DNA from: Octopus sinensis
Taxonomy: Eukaryota
DNA: 64,000 nucleotides
Direction of reading: 5' to 3'
NCBI RefSeq assembly: GCF_006345805.1
Contig: NC_043013.1
Coordinates: 45,880,001 to 45,944,000, forward strand
Under the pieces are notes generated by a model. The model made no database searches, had not been told where the DNA came from, and saw nothing but the letters and a program-made list of their open reading frames with translations. Position 1 is the first letter of the stretch. Every line of letters begins with the position of its first letter. Position numbers and translations under genes: made by a program. Of this stretch, positions 41,911 to 55,800 are shown piece after piece.

Positions 41911-42548
41911 TTTCTTGTTCTTAATTCGATAAAATCATTTATCTAGCATCAAGTACTACATTTGGAACATACATTTCCCACGTTTTGCTTTTTGTGTTGT
42001 TTCCGAGAAGCTCACTTAATGTCTACAGTCTCCCTCTGATTCACAGCACCAGCAAAATATAGATTCATCTTCAATCAATTGTAATAATTTTTATTATTTT
42101 CAACATGGGCATCGGACGGAAGGACATTACAAGGCATTACAAAATTACAATTTGTGGGTTGAGGATTACATAAAACCGGAGAAGAAAAACAACGGTGATG
42201 GTAGGACTAAATGAAGTGCAAAGTATTATACTTTATCTATAGCAATTGTGAATACATGGATGCTGTTGTCCACTTGATAGAGGGGAGCCTGGAACGAAGG
42301 CGAATTAAAGACATCCAAAATTCCTAGATCAACCTAACAGTCGGTTTCTAAGTACCGTCCCCGGTACTTGACAAGTACTTTATTTTATTGAACACGGAAG
42401 GATAAAAAACAAAGTTGGCCTCGGCAGGATTTTGCACTAAGAAGATAACAGGCCTTAAGAAACACCATAAAGCTTTATTTCCTATTCTTCGAAGATTCAG
42501 CCAATCCACCGATAATAAATATCTTCATAATAAAAATACCTCTCTCTC

Positions 42549-42901
42549 TTTACTCTTTTACTCTTTTACTTGTTTCAGTCATTTGACTGCGGCCATGCTG
42601 GAGCACCGCCTTTAGTCGAGCAAATCGACACCGGGACTTATTCTTTGTAAAAGCCCAGTACTTATTCTGTCGGTCACTTTTGCCGAACCGCTAGGTTTAC
42701 GGGGACGTAAACACACCAGCATCGGTTGTCAAGCAGTGCTAGGGGGACAAACACAGACACACAAACACACACACATACATATATATATACATATATACAT
42801 ATATACGACAGGCTTCTTTCAGTTTCCGTCTACCAAATCCACTCACAAGGCATTGGTCGGCCCGGGGCTATAGCAGAAGACACTTGCCCAAGATGTCACG
42901 C
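42549..42901 (-). mobile_element. SINE family A, 5'-truncated
   Basis: Reverse complement of family A. Confidence 0.9.
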
Positions 42902-42977
42902 TGGCTGTGATTTTAAAAGAATTTGTTAATAATTCTGAATTCTGTCCTTCCAATATAAACTTTGAATTATGATATAA

Positions 42978-43372
42978 TCTTTATATATAAAAGTAAGGTT
43001 GTGTATCTGTCTACTCCGATTTAGATTCCTAACTACTCCCATATTTTGCGGTGCAGTTTAACCAAAACCGGGTATCTTATAGTCGTGATTCATATCGAGC
43101 CCTTCTGGGTATTAGCGCGCGTCTACGATGAGTCTACGATTTAAAAAATAATTTACCATCATTTTTTCCATTTTAATGCATATTTTTTTTTAATATAAGG
43201 GAAGTAACTCTCTAAAAATGTCTACGATGAGTCAACGATTTTAAAAAAAATTTACCATCATATTTTTTCCATTTTTAATGCATTTTTTCGCTATTTTTTG
43301 GCTATAACTCTCTAAAAATGCTTTATAGTTATTTCCCTTACAAACCCGAGCAACGCCGGGCGATACTGCTAG
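42978..43372 (+). mobile_element. Non-autonomous Helitron
   Basis: A|TCTTTATATATAAAA 5' end; subterminal hairpin CCCGAGCAACGCCGGG; CTAG|T 3' end; no TSD. Confidence 0.88.
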
Positions 43373-43786
43373 TATAATATAATAATAAAAATCATTGCAA
43401 AATAGGACAAACGAAAGGCGAACTTAATTCGTGGTGTTTTAGCTGTTTTTTGCCTTTATCTTATTCGTTTGGTATAAATCTCAAGATTACAAGTCACAAA
43501 AACTAACTAGATTAATATTGCAGTTTCTTTAATAAATCTGCTAAACATTTATTGCGTGTGTGGTTTAAAGCTCTCGATGCTGCATAGTTACGCACCTATT
43601 TCGTTTCTCTTCCGTTTAATTAACTTCTCCATGAAAACTTTTTAATATAAAACGGTTTAATAATGTACTACTGTATATTCACAAGTTTTAATCAAACACG
43701 TTTCCGTCAAACGCTTTTTCTGATGCAAGTGTACGTGTATGTGTGTGTATATATATATGTCTGGTGTGTGTATGTGCATGTGTATA

Positions 43787-43831
<45 letters not shown>

Positions 43832-43884
43832 CATATATTACATATATATATGTATATATGTATATATAGTGTGTGTATATTATT

Positions 43885-43921
<37 letters not shown>

Positions 43922-44018
43922 TATTATATGTATATATAGTACATATATATATATGTATATGTATATATATATGTAATATATATGTATATGTATATATATG
44001 TATATGTAATATATGTAT

Positions 44019-44066
<48 letters not shown>

Positions 44067-44143
44067 GTATATATATCTGTATATATATATACATATATGT
44101 ATATGTATATAATGTATATATAAGTATATTATGTATATATATA

Positions 44144-44191
<48 letters not shown>

Positions 44192-44263
44192 AATGAATAT
44201 TATATATATTATATTATTGCTATATAAATATATTTCTATTTTTATTATTATATATTATTATTA

Positions 44264-44311
<48 letters not shown>

Positions 44312-45119
44312 CTCATGATAATTATGCTTGTCATTGCGTTACTTAACTCGTCGGTAACGCTTTCACGTAATTAGAGAAAAAGAGAGAGAAAGAAAAGGAG
44401 AGAATAAAAGACGGAGAACGAAAAAGAGGGAGAGTGAAGCGTCCTTGACGTGGTAGGAGGAATATGATATTTACTACGTGAATAAAAAAAGAGTTATTCG
44501 AAGACAGTGATAGAGAAGAGAGTTAAAAATATAATTTAAGCATAGGGGTGATTTTCTGATGGTGAGGCTAAAGGCAGAGAGAGAGGGCGGGTGAGAGACA
44601 AGAGGCAGAAGGAGGAGGCAGGGAGAGATGGAAAGAGAAAGATGGTGATGCTGGTGCTGATGGTGGTGGTGCTGGTGCTGGTGCTGGTGGTGCTGGTGGT
44701 GGAGGCAGTGGAGATGGAGGTGGTGGTGGTGGTGCTGGTGGTGGTGCTGGTGCTGGTGGTGGAGGCAGTGGATTGGAGGTGGCGATGCTGGTGGTGGTGG
44801 TGGTGGTGGTGGTGGTGGTGGTGGTGGGTGATTGGATAGTGAAAAGAGTACTTTTTTAAATTGAACTAAGTTTTTTATATCACCTATCACTTGACGCATG
44901 CGCATAAGTGCAATTCCGTGAAATGTTCACCCTTATTTAGGTGGCGGGTATATGCAATTTAACTAAAGTTTGTATCATATGTACGCATATTCTTTTTTTG
45001 TTCTTTGTTTATGAGGAAAATGGAAAAATAAGAATGAATATTTATTTCATGTGTGCTGTATATTAAATCTATAAAACTTTGCGTAGAGTATATAAAGTGA
45101 ATATATAAAGTGCATTAAC

Positions 45120-45657
45120 TAATCGTGGTATTCCAATTTCTTTCTGTTATCAGTGAGTTGAAATGAGCGAGTTCTTTTGCTCCCGTCCACGCAGCCGCAC
45201 CTGCACCTATCTCTCCAACACAACCATGGTTTTGTCAAACGAAGTTAAAGCAAAAAAAATCTTGAGAAACCAAATAGTCTTTCCTTTTTTCATGCCAAAT
45301 TTGAAGGAAATACTTCTTTTGCATCTTACTTTTTTGGTCTCTTAAATATACTGCATTTTGTGGCATTATTTCAAACCAGCCGGCTTTTTCTGTGCAAACT
45401 ACACGTGCGTTTTTCACGCGTACGCGTAGTATCAATCGCAGCAGCTGATGTACTTGGGCGTACAAATGCACGTTCCCGCGGCTTTATCGATCGCATTCTC
45501 ACCTGGAATCGATTTTTGTAATTTTTTCAAGACTTATACACGCCCAGATACCGTCGGTATCTACATATCAAATTTGAGCACAATCGGAGGGAGGACGCCC
45601 GAGATCCTAGAAGACACACAGATTGACAGACAGACAGAACGGATTTTATATAATAGA
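45120..45657 (-). mobile_element. Helitron-like non-autonomous element (5' end clear, 3' end uncertain)
   Basis: Minus strand A|TCTATTATATAAAATCCGT(TCTG)n..CCGATTGTGCTCAAATTTGATATG. Confidence 0.5.
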
Positions 45658-45689
45658 TATTCGATGGGTTGTATGCGTGCATATGTACG

Positions 45690-45746
<57 letters not shown>

Positions 45747-45747
<1 letters not shown>

Positions 45748-45921
45748 TTTATTTAAAGCAGCAGACAATTCAACAAAACCTGTTACTCTGAGTTTCACGT
45801 TCCCGTTCGTCGGACAGTTTTTGCTAGAATTTTCTGCTGCTTTAAATAAAGCATATTACTCTACCACTGGTATTTGAGTACTCTTTTTTCCACCTTGTTT
45901 CACATTTATGTGTTTACTCCG

Positions 45922-45925
<4 letters not shown>
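45747..45925. mobile_element. Foldback mini-element in (TA)n carrying a hammerhead motif
   Basis: 45747-45771 inverted versus 45827-45851. Confidence 0.75.
45780..45817 (-). ncRNA. Minimal hammerhead motif (U4C core variant)
   Basis: CTGT-CCGACGA-ACG-GGAA-CGT-GAA-ACTC-A-GAGT-A-ACAG: all three stems pair. Confidence 0.7.
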
Positions 45926-45957
<32 letters not shown>

Positions 45958-46176
45958 ATGTGTATATGTGTGTTTGTGTGTGTGCATATTCTATTCCTAT
46001 TGCCCTATGGAGCAACTCACGCGTGCTACTGATCGCGTAAATCAGTTTATGATATATGAGGCACCCTATTTATAATGCAAAATATTTATGAGAGGTCAGA
46101 CGACGGAAAAATAATGGGAAACAATACAAAATGATGCATATTTAGAGAAGAAATATATATATATATTCAATACTTT

Positions 46177-46279
<103 letters not shown>

Positions 46280-46436
46280 GCATGTATTATAGGGGTAGAT
46301 AGATAGATAGATAGATACATACATACATACATACATACATACATACATACATACATACATACATACATACATACATAGACAGATAGATCTATGTGTGTAT
46401 ATGCACGTACTAGTCTTGCATATATAACAGTGCATA

Positions 46437-46853
46437 GGCAGCGAGCTGGCAGAAACGTTAGCGCGCCGAACGAAATGTTTAGCGTTATTTCGTCTGCCGT
46501 TACGTTCTGAGTTCAAATTCCGCCGAGGTCGACTTTGCCTTTCATCCTTTCGGGTTCGATTAAATAAAGTACCAGTTACGCACTGGGGTCGATGTAATCG
46601 ACTTTATCCGTTTGTCTGTCCTTGTTTGTCCTCTCTGTGTTTAGCCCCTTGTGGGTAGTAAAGAAATAGGTATTTCGCCTGCCGTTACGTTATGAGTTCA
46701 AATTCCGCCAAGGTCGACTTTGCCTTTCATCCTTTCGGGTTCGATTAAATAAAGTACCAGTTACGCACTGGGGTCGATGTAATCGACTTAATCCCTTTGT
46801 CTGTCTTTGTTTGTCCCCTCTATATTTAGCCTCTTGTGGGCAATAAAGAAATA
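46437..46853 (+). mobile_element. SINE family B head-to-tail dimer with a single TSD
   Basis: Second unit restarts at GGTATTTCG (~46669); TAACAGTGCA at 46425-46434 and 46858-46867. Confidence 0.9.
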
Positions 46854-47180
46854 TACGTAACAGTGCAAGTTGAAAAAAATCAACTACGTTTATTCTTGCA
46901 GCCAGTAGAGAAAACTGTTTCTAGATTTGTTTAAAATTTAAAATCAAACAAAAGTCAAATGACTTCAATGAAAACAACTGATTGAAATTTTTGGAAAATA
47001 TACAGAGGGATCGAAAAGTAACTCTCTATTGAAAAATATCTCCCTATTTTAAAATACTAATAAATTATTTATTAATTGTAATTTTTTACAAAAAAAAATG
47101 CATATGAGAGGAAAGCTTTTAGAATGTGGTTTTATCTATAGTTCAAAAAACAAACACAAAAAATTTGAGAACAAATTACA

Positions 47181-47370
47181 ATTGTCTGTGAACAGGTCGC
47201 GGTCTCAAAGCGACGAAAATATTTTGACAAATTAAATTTAAATGTTGAAGTGAATCTAACGGTTTTGTGTGTTTCTTAAATGGCTTATAAACATCTTCCA
47301 CGTTGCAAATGTTTTCGTTCCAGCACACGATCTCAGATCAAGTCACTCGCTATGCAAGTACATCTCCGTA
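47181..47370 (+). mobile_element. Monomer of the 26238-26582 foldback family
   Basis: Near-identical to 26393-26582. Confidence 0.88.
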
Positions 47371-47629
47371 AAAAATAATTTATGATTATTTTAAAAGTAG
47401 GGTGTATGTATATTGGAGAGATGCAGTGGTCATTGACATCTTCCTACTTAGCTTTATCTTACGTTTTGTGATATAGTGTTCTCTGGTTGCTCCGTATTGT
47501 GAGTTAGTGAGCAATATACTACATCTTGTTACTCATGATGCCGGTATTTAAGTCAAATCGCTTAATCTCTGCAGTAAACAATGTAACCTTCGAGGCAACA
47601 ATTGTCTACAAATATGTCTGCCAAAAAGA

Positions 47630-48040
47630 TATCTCTTATCTTTTATCTTTCAGTTCTTTCGGTCATTAGACTGCGACCATGCTGGGGTATTTCTTTGAAG
47701 AATTTTTAGTCGAATGAATCGACGGCAGTACTTGGTTTTCTTTTCTAAGCCTGTTACTTATTCTATAGGTGTCGTTTGTCGAACCGCTAAGTTACAGGAA
47801 TGTAAACCCACCAATAGCAGTTGTCAAGCGGTGGTGAGGGACAGACACAAATACACACACACACACGCGCGCACATATACATACATATATATATATATAT
47901 ATACAAACATACACACCACGACGAGCTTCTTTCAGTTTCCACTGAGAAGACTTTGGTCGGCCCAAGGCTAGAAGAAGATTGCCCAAGATGCCATGCAATG
48001 GGACTGAACCCGGAACCATGTAGCTAGAAGCAAGCTTCTT
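47630..48040 (-). mobile_element. SINE family A, diverged
   Basis: Reverse-complement similarity to family A. Confidence 0.78.
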
Positions 48041-48457
48041 ATGTCTTTATTGCCCACAAGGGGCTAAACTCAGAGAGGACAAACAAGGACAGACAAACGG
48101 ATTAAGTCGATTTTATCGACCCCAGTGCGTAACTGGTACTTATTTAATCAACCCCAAAAGGATGAAAGGCAAAGTCGACCTCGGCGGAATTTGAACTCAG
48201 AACGTAGCGGCAGACGAAATACCTATTTCTTTACTACCCACAAGCGGCTAAACACAGAGAGGACAAACAAGGACAGACAAACGGATTAATCGATTATATA
48301 GACCCCAATGCGTAACTGGTACTTAATTTATCAACCCCGAAAGGATGAAAGGCAAAGTCGACCTCGGCGGAATTCGAATTCAGAACGAACGTAAAGACGG
48401 CCGAAATACTGCTAAGCATTTTTCCCGGCATGCTAACGACTCCGCCGCCCCGCTGCC
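48041..48457 (-). mobile_element. SINE family B dimer
   Basis: Same internal junction (CGAAATACC|TATTTCTTTACTACCCAC, ~48223) as 46437-46853. Confidence 0.9.
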
Positions 48458-48489
48458 TTTGTTGCAGGTAATATCAAAGCAATAAGAAA

Positions 48490-49760
48490 AACCTATAGAT
48501 CTGAAAGAAGTAGATCAGTACATTTGAGCAGGCCTAAAAGTCGATTTTCCCTTCCTTCATCTAGTTCCTTGCCTACGGACCAGATTTCAAACCAATTGAC
48601 TGCTTCAGCTTCTATATTTTCAATTTCATTATGTTTAATTATCTGTGCAATCGGTTTCATTACTTTTAGTGGGAAATTAAAAAAAAATTTTTTTTTTATC
48701 AGATTGAATATGAAGGACAAAATATGGCACTAATCTATGAAAATATTTTTCTATAATTCAGCCACCAACATTAAAAGGGAATTCTGTTGACAACTCTATC
48801 TGGGGAAGATTTTTTCAATGCCTAATTTTTCCGCCAGTTCTTCAACGTTCGAAAAGATTTCTTTGAATTTTCTAGTTCTTGCCAGGGGCGATGGAACATA
48901 CTACAGAGTTCCTGGACATTATTATGTACTTCCATTAAATCAAGTTGAACAGTTCAAAGAACTCGTGCTCCATACAGATTCCAGTGGTGCTGAATGGAAT
49001 GAAATTTTAATTAGACAGACGAGAAAAGTTTCTGTACTCCAAATAGATTCCAACTCATGAACTTCACGTATTTTACCGAAAGCTATGGTGACCATTTTAC
49101 ATAGCTAATCGAAAATCTTTTGAAAGTTAATGTAAAAAAATACTCTGATACTTTTATATTTTGCATTCCAACGAGTTTCTCCTGGAAACGGCACTCTTGA
49201 AATAAGATAGATTTTCTTTCCATGACAGTCTTTAGACTCTCATGGAAAGAAAAAAATAATGATAGCTATGATTCTGCGAATAGAATTCCTTTTTTTTTGG
49301 GGGGGGGACACCATTAAGGTCACTCACAACAAGGTTTAGTTTGTTTATAAGACAATGAAGAAAAGCTATTTTTCTATATTTACTCTCCATGTTAACCTGA
49401 ACACTAACTTTTCTTGCCATTGAAGAACCACCAGCTTATCCAAGGTCAAATAGCTCTAGATTTAACCCATATATCTAAAACTGACCAATCAGAGCATTGG
49501 CAATAGAAACGGCATCTCATTCACTTGGTGCTTCAAAACCAAGGCATCTTTCCGAATATTGTTACTAGTTTTAATTCTGTTAATTAACCGCACACCAAGT
49601 GAGAATGTCTCACACCCATACAGATGTCAACACTTTTATCAGCAGTTACTGAAAATCTAAATGAACATTTTCTTTTCTTTTGTAATAGGCAATGTTTAAT
49701 GATGTTGTGTCCTAAATCACAATTCCTTATATTCTGTAGTATATGTTGTACAAAGTAATA
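48490..49760 (-). pseudogene. Fossil hAT transposase (ZMYM1/THAP12-like group)
   Basis: Minus-strand motifs FSVTADKSVDI, ECLGF, GGSSMARKVS, HCLINKLNLVVSD, ETRWNAKYKSIR (~49145-49180), EAEAVNWFEIW. Confidence 0.7.
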
Positions 49761-51479
49761 ACGTTGTGAAGGGACAATCTTGAACCATAAACACACAATC
49801 ATAAAAGAATTTTAAATATAGGAACAAGCTTTATTCTAGTATACTATTATCGACGGCATGACATTACACAAACTTTTGACTCCTTGAAATGAAGCCAGCC
49901 ACTAGCTACTATACCATTTTAATGCTACTTAATATAGAACCAAGAAATGTAATATAGTACCACTTAATGTAGAACTAAAGTGCAGTTGATTGGTTCGACT
50001 ATATCAAAGCCATCACAAATGCATAGAGTTGTGTGTCGTTTGGGAGAAAATGTTATTACTGTACGTAAGGTAGTGTTCCATTGTTCGCTTTAGAGGTACT
50101 GACTAGAGCTAAAGAACAAATAAACATAAGGGCATAAATCAACATCTCTCCCTCTCTCCCTCTCTCTCCCTCTCTCTCCCTCTCTTTCTCCTTCTCCCAT
50201 CATGTAACCCTTACTTCACTGTATTCCTTGATGTCTTTCACTAACAACGTATAGTTCACATTCTTCTTGTCCTTGTTCGTGCGTAGTATTGTTATAAAGT
50301 GTTAACAGAGTTTTAAAATTATTAATAGCCACTTTTAGTAGAAAGAATCTAATAGAAAGAATTAATAGCCACATTCCTTTCCATGTTATTGTTATATCAT
50401 GTGCTAAATATTTAACAACTTTTAACAGATAACAACTTTTAACACAGAGATCTTAGATTTTTATCAGCGTAACTTTATTCCTCTAACGTAAACTTTATCC
50501 ATGCTACGAAACTTTATCCTTATAAGGTAACTTTATCCTTGCAACATAATTTTATCCTTCGAACGTTACTCACGTAATTTTATCAACGTAACACGCCATT
50601 TTAAAATAATTTCTGAGAAACTAAAGCAATTAGAAAAATTAATCCAGATTAAGTTCCATTTCAAGATATCTTTAAGGAGTGAAATGAATGGAAAGCAGAG
50701 ATTATTTATTTATTTTGTTGCTGTTGTTGTTGTTTCTACTATTGATTCGATGTTGTATTTGCTAGTTAAAAGATTAAAGAATGTACAATTTAATACAGTT
50801 TGAAAACCATGGCTACGGTTGAGAGACTATCGATTTCATTTAGATTACAGATGAAAAGTTTACGGAATGTACTCAATGTATTCGGTATCAAATTTAGGTT
50901 CTTGATTAATTTTCGTAATGGTATTTCCTGGTCTGTTTATTTATGTGATTGCCTTCCTAAGATAATATTATATACGATTCTTGTGTCTGTAAATGTTTTC
51001 ATACGATACTACTTATATATTGGATGATCGGCATCAGGACATACAACATGTGTGTATGTGTGTCCTGTAGGAGAAGTGGGGGACTCTACCAAGCACTTTC
51101 ATCTCAGAATAAATCCAGTTTATATTTTATACTTCAAGGTACTCGGCCTGCTGCCAAAGCGAATGGCAATCTTCTCAATGAATGGCGCCAACAGGAAAAT
51201 CCTATTAAAAAATTTCATTTATACAACCGACAATGTTTGTTTACATAATCGAAACTATTTCAATATTGTTACCATTTCGGGAAGGCGATGGAGATGAACG
51301 AGACAATTGAGCGCCAGAATAAATACTCCATTGGAACTGGTTAGATACGTCATCATTCGGGAGTTCTCGTTGTGTCGGTGTCGATTCTGACTTTCATCTC
51401 CTCGTAGGTCGCTAAAGTGAGTACCAGCAATATTCTACGGTCTGGGGAATTGAAATCAGATTTATATCCGACTTTTACT

Positions 51480-51780
51480 TAGTGGTTAGGGTATTTGACT
51501 CACGATCGTGAGGTCGCGAGTTCGATTCCCAGTGCTGCGTTATGTTCTTGGGCTAGACACTTTATCTCAAGTTGCTCCAGTCCATTCAGCTGACAAAAAT
51601 GAGTTGTGCCTGTAACTCAAAGGGCCAGCCTGGCCACATTTTCTGTCACGCTGAATCCCCCAAAGAACTACGTGAAGGGTAGGCGTGTCTGTGGAATACT
51701 CAACCACTTACACGTTAATTTCACGAGCGGGCTGTTCCGTTGATCGAATGAACTGGAGAATTCGTCGACGGGGGTGCCAT
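51480..51780 (+). mobile_element. tRNA-derived SINE with CORE-like domain and family C tail
   Basis: AGTGGTTAG..GAGTTCGATTCC boxes; CTTGGGCTAGACACTTTATCTCAAGTTGCTCCAGTCCATTCAGCTG; tail matches 58520-58700. Confidence 0.8.
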
Positions 51781-52155
51781 CCTTAACTTTTGCTTCACAT
51801 TTAGTATTCGTCGACAGGAGTGCCATCCTTAACTTTTGCTTCACATTTAGTATTCGTCGACGGGAGTGCCATCCTTAACTTTTGCTTCACATTTAGTATT
51901 CGTCGACGGGAGTGCCATCCTTAACTTTTGCTTCACATTTAGTATTCGTCGACGGGAGTGCCATCCTTAACTTTTGCTTCACATTTAGTATTCGTCGACG
52001 GGAGTGCCATCCTTAACTATTGCTTCACATTTAGTATTCGTCGACGGGGGTGCCATCCTTAACTTTTGCTTCACATTTAGTATTCGTCGACGGGAGTGCC
52101 ATCCTTAACTTTTGCTTCACATTTAGTATTCGTCGTCGGAGTGTCATTCTTAGTA
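51761..52155 (+). repeat. 46-bp minisatellite, 8 full units plus a degenerate partial unit
   Basis: Unit TTCGTCGACGGGAGTGCCATCCTTAACTTTTGCTTCACATTTAGTA, contiguous, no spacers. Confidence 0.97.
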
Positions 52156-52445
52156 TCGAATATCTTTGAGATGAGCAACTTGTTGCTGAGTCGGAGATTC
52201 GGTTTCAGTTCTTCATTCAGTCCAGTTCGTTTCATTTACATCACTAACGTCTGAGGAAAACATGAATATCGTACTATTTCATTCTCTTATGAGTTTGTAG
52301 CTTTGTCCTTCATCAATAAATCAATATTATAGTCACTTAACACATGTCTACTCAGATTATGTAACTTTTCCCTTTGTCCACTCTCAAATTGAAAAACGAC
52401 CTCCCAAAGAATTTGGTCTAACGATTAAGGAATCTGGTTCAGTAA

Positions 52446-52847
52446 CTAGCAGTATCGCCCGGCGTTGCTCGGGTTTGTAAGGGAAATAACTATATAAGCA
52501 TTTCTAGAGAGTTAGAACCAAAAAATAGCAAAAAAATGCATTAAAAAGGGAAAAAAAATGATGGTAAATTTTTTTTTAAATCGTTGACTCATCGTAGACA
52601 TTTTTAGAGAGTTACTTCCCTTATATAATAGCGAAAAAAAACGCATTAAAATGGGAAAAAAATTGATGGTAAATTATTTTTTAAATCGTAGACTCATCGT
52701 AGACGCGCGCTAATACCCAGAAGGGCTTGATATGAATCACGACTATAAGATACCCGGTTTTGGTTAAACTGCACCGCAAAATGTGGGAGTAGTTAGGAAT
52801 CTAAATCATAGGAGAAAGACACACAACCTCTCTTTTATATATAAAGA
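52446..52847 (-). mobile_element. Non-autonomous Helitron, same family as 42978-43372
   Basis: Reverse complement with the same TC/CTAG termini and hairpin. Confidence 0.88.
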
Positions 52848-55800
52848 TTACTAAATGTCACGTTAGAAACGCAAGAGAGAAACTTTATATAATAAAAAAA
52901 AAACTTTTTAAAATGCTAAAATATTTTCCTAGAGTCTGTAACATTTTGTTGATTGCTATAAATAATTACCGACTGTAAATACTTTGTATTTATAGATAAA
53001 ACACGGGAATAAGACCCACTGTGTCTCCCTACACAGATACCATCGATCTTCTGAAAGAAATATTTATCCTATTCATATTTGGCTTTACATCGCTACATTT
53101 CCATTCAGCTAGTTGAAGGTTTGTTAGATTTCTGGCAAACTTCGAAATTTCTGACAAGCAATGAGTCAGCAGTCGGTGTTTTGTGGTATATCAATAGTCA
53201 AGGGATGGACATTCAATGTACGTTACTGATCCCATTTCCTTGGAAATGGCGACGAAATGCTTCTAGTAAACAGCCTTATCGTATTATAACGGTACAACTT
53301 TATTGAAGCTAGAAAAATGATCTTTTATTAGAAATACATCATTTACAATTCTAATGGAACATAAAATGAAGCTTCTTGTTCCATTGGATAAAATCGATAA
53401 CCGAGGGTCTGCAGGGATTTATTTCTTCGTAACTAGTACAGTGGAAGCTGAACACAAATCACCATTGATCTAAAGGTCAGCTTCTTTTGGCCAATATATA
53501 GATTTAGATTTAAACAGACAAAAGCATTTTCTTAATTCTAACTGACATCATTGTCAAATGAAATGCCTTTCGCTTTTTGCTAAAGGAATTGTTAACCAAA
53601 TTTTCTTAAATCTGAAAATTTTTAGTTTATCTTGAAGTAAAAATGAAATTAGAATACTTCATTAATTTCATTAATTTCAACGTCTAATTAAAACTCTGCT
53701 CTCTATCACGCTGCAGAAAGAAAATGCCGTTCTTTGCACAATACACTTTTTAACTTCTAATTCAAGATACTAGCGCCTCCTAGGTATCAAGAGAAGAAAT
53801 TCCTTTACCATATCTTGCCATTTGTTAATTAAAAGGCCTTATAGGAAACTTTCCGCTGTCTTCTCTTTCAAATCTTATTTTTAGATCTTTTCAGAACAGT
53901 GAATTGTATCTTTCATATTTGAACTTGTGTTTTCTGCTTTCTACGTTCTATTATAAACGGTCTCTTTCTTAAAGATTCACTCGCAGTGATTTCCAAAACA
54001 AAACTAAGCAATTCCTTGGAGAATGCTTGTATAAAGAACAAAACTCGAAAGAATCTTTTTATTCTTGGAATATTTTATGAATGTTTGTTTATAGTTATTC
54101 CATTCAATGTGTGAGCTACTTCTAAATAATTTTGAGTAGAAATGTCCTTGGCAGGCTTTTCATTGGTTAATCAAAAGACTTGGTATGAATCTATGTAATT
54201 ATAATTCAGTATCTACATTCGTTTCTAAAATAACAAAATAAAAACGTTCGGAGGGACTCTTCGCTATAGTTTTACATGTGATAGAAAAGTCTTATGAAGG
54301 CCGTTTGCCTCCACATATGGAACAGAAGTTATTTACCAATGGTTAAGTCAAGCTAATTATATTTAATGCAGAGTGTAAAGAAAACCAAAAACGATCCGAT
54401 AAGTTAAAGTTACATCCATAAAAAAGAAATGTCGATAGTATTAACGATAATGCTTGCCAAAAGAGGCAAGGGACACAACTCCGAAGTCTAACTGATCAAC
54501 AATTGAATAGGATTATATAGTGAGAGTAGGGTTCAGTCTGATTCTGGTAATTAGGGAGACAACTTTGCACATGTTTCCGCCATATTGGGCCGCTTTAGCG
54601 AAGCAATGTCTTACTCGTAGCAACCAGATTGAGAGGTTATATTGTATTTAATAGTAAAGAGTAAAGTTTCTTAACTTCGTTTGGCGTTAGGAGAAGAATT
54701 TCCGACTTTTCGAAGAAAGCTCCTTTTCGGGAGCGAGAAGCGATTGTACACTGCTACCTTAATACGGAACATCGCTTTTGTAAATTACACTAAAGCGTTG
54801 TCGGTCATCTTTGTTCGTCAGTATCTTTTCCATTCTTTTCAGTCTATCTTAAGAATCAATTTTTCAGCCTATCTTGTGAATCAACGTTGTTTATATTGTT
54901 AATCGATTTATCAACTGTTTTTCTTGGATTATAGAAATACTAAACGAGCCTGCCCTGTCACTTAAGAAGAACTAACTCTCAATGTTGTTTCGGTTTAAAA
55001 AAATTGCTATGATTTCATGTTGTCCCGTCTTTATATCTGTCCCATGTCCAAGCATATCCAAACTTTAGGCTTTTAATAACCTGACTGTAGTATTTTATTC
55101 ACTACTCACCGACCTTCAAGTAAATTAGAGGATATTTTGCTGCATTTACGATAATTATACACGATATTTATAATTATATAAGTTCACAAATCTCTAAATT
55201 GAAATCTTTGGTCGTCAGTTATAACAGAGTATCGTGATTCACCAGCGTTATCCAAGCAGCGCAACATAAAAACTGTCTCATACATCGAAATATTTGCTAC
55301 TTTAATTACCGCGTACATGCAAAAGGCTTGCAATGCCATAACGACATTAACATAACAATGACATCGCGGACTGAGTAGATAGCATGCAAATTTTGTTGTA
55401 TTTATTAGCAATAGATTCCAGTTAATTTTATTAAAAACAGAGTAATTAAGTAATCCAAACAATACATGATATTCAAAGTGTTGTAGAAATATAGTGTATA
55501 AGGTATCAATGCACATTAATAATTATGTGATAATCAATATCAAAAGCCGATGATAATATAAGTTAGTTAACACAACACATTTCTGAACCATGACTTGTGC
55601 CATGATAACAATATGAGGAGAAAGAGCTAACCTAGTCGTTTCTTTCTCTTCTCATTGATTCTCGTCGATTGTGAGCTTTGTCGGTCATCAAAGTTGAGAA
55701 ATAGAATTTACAGATATGGGGGACTGTAAATTACTTTCAAAGATTCAATGAAGTATAATGAATTTTGCAGTAAACACTGTGCTGAATCTTGGCTATAATT

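Noticed and set aside
44885-44950. NRF1-like ACGCATGCGCA and CArG-like CCTTATTTAGG as a promoter
   Set aside because: Short imperfect motifs expected by chance; no adjacent exon evidence.
51071-51138. Possible 68-bp exon (CTGTAG|...AAG|GTACTC)
   Set aside because: Weak splice signals, no recognisable peptide and no partner exons.
51761-52155. CRISPR-like array
   Set aside because: Units are contiguous and near-identical with no unique spacers; no cas genes; eukaryotic context.
53000-55100. Possible decayed LINE RT on the minus strand (KILTN-like peptide near 54810)
   Set aside because: Only one weak motif and no YxDD found; a profile search would be needed.
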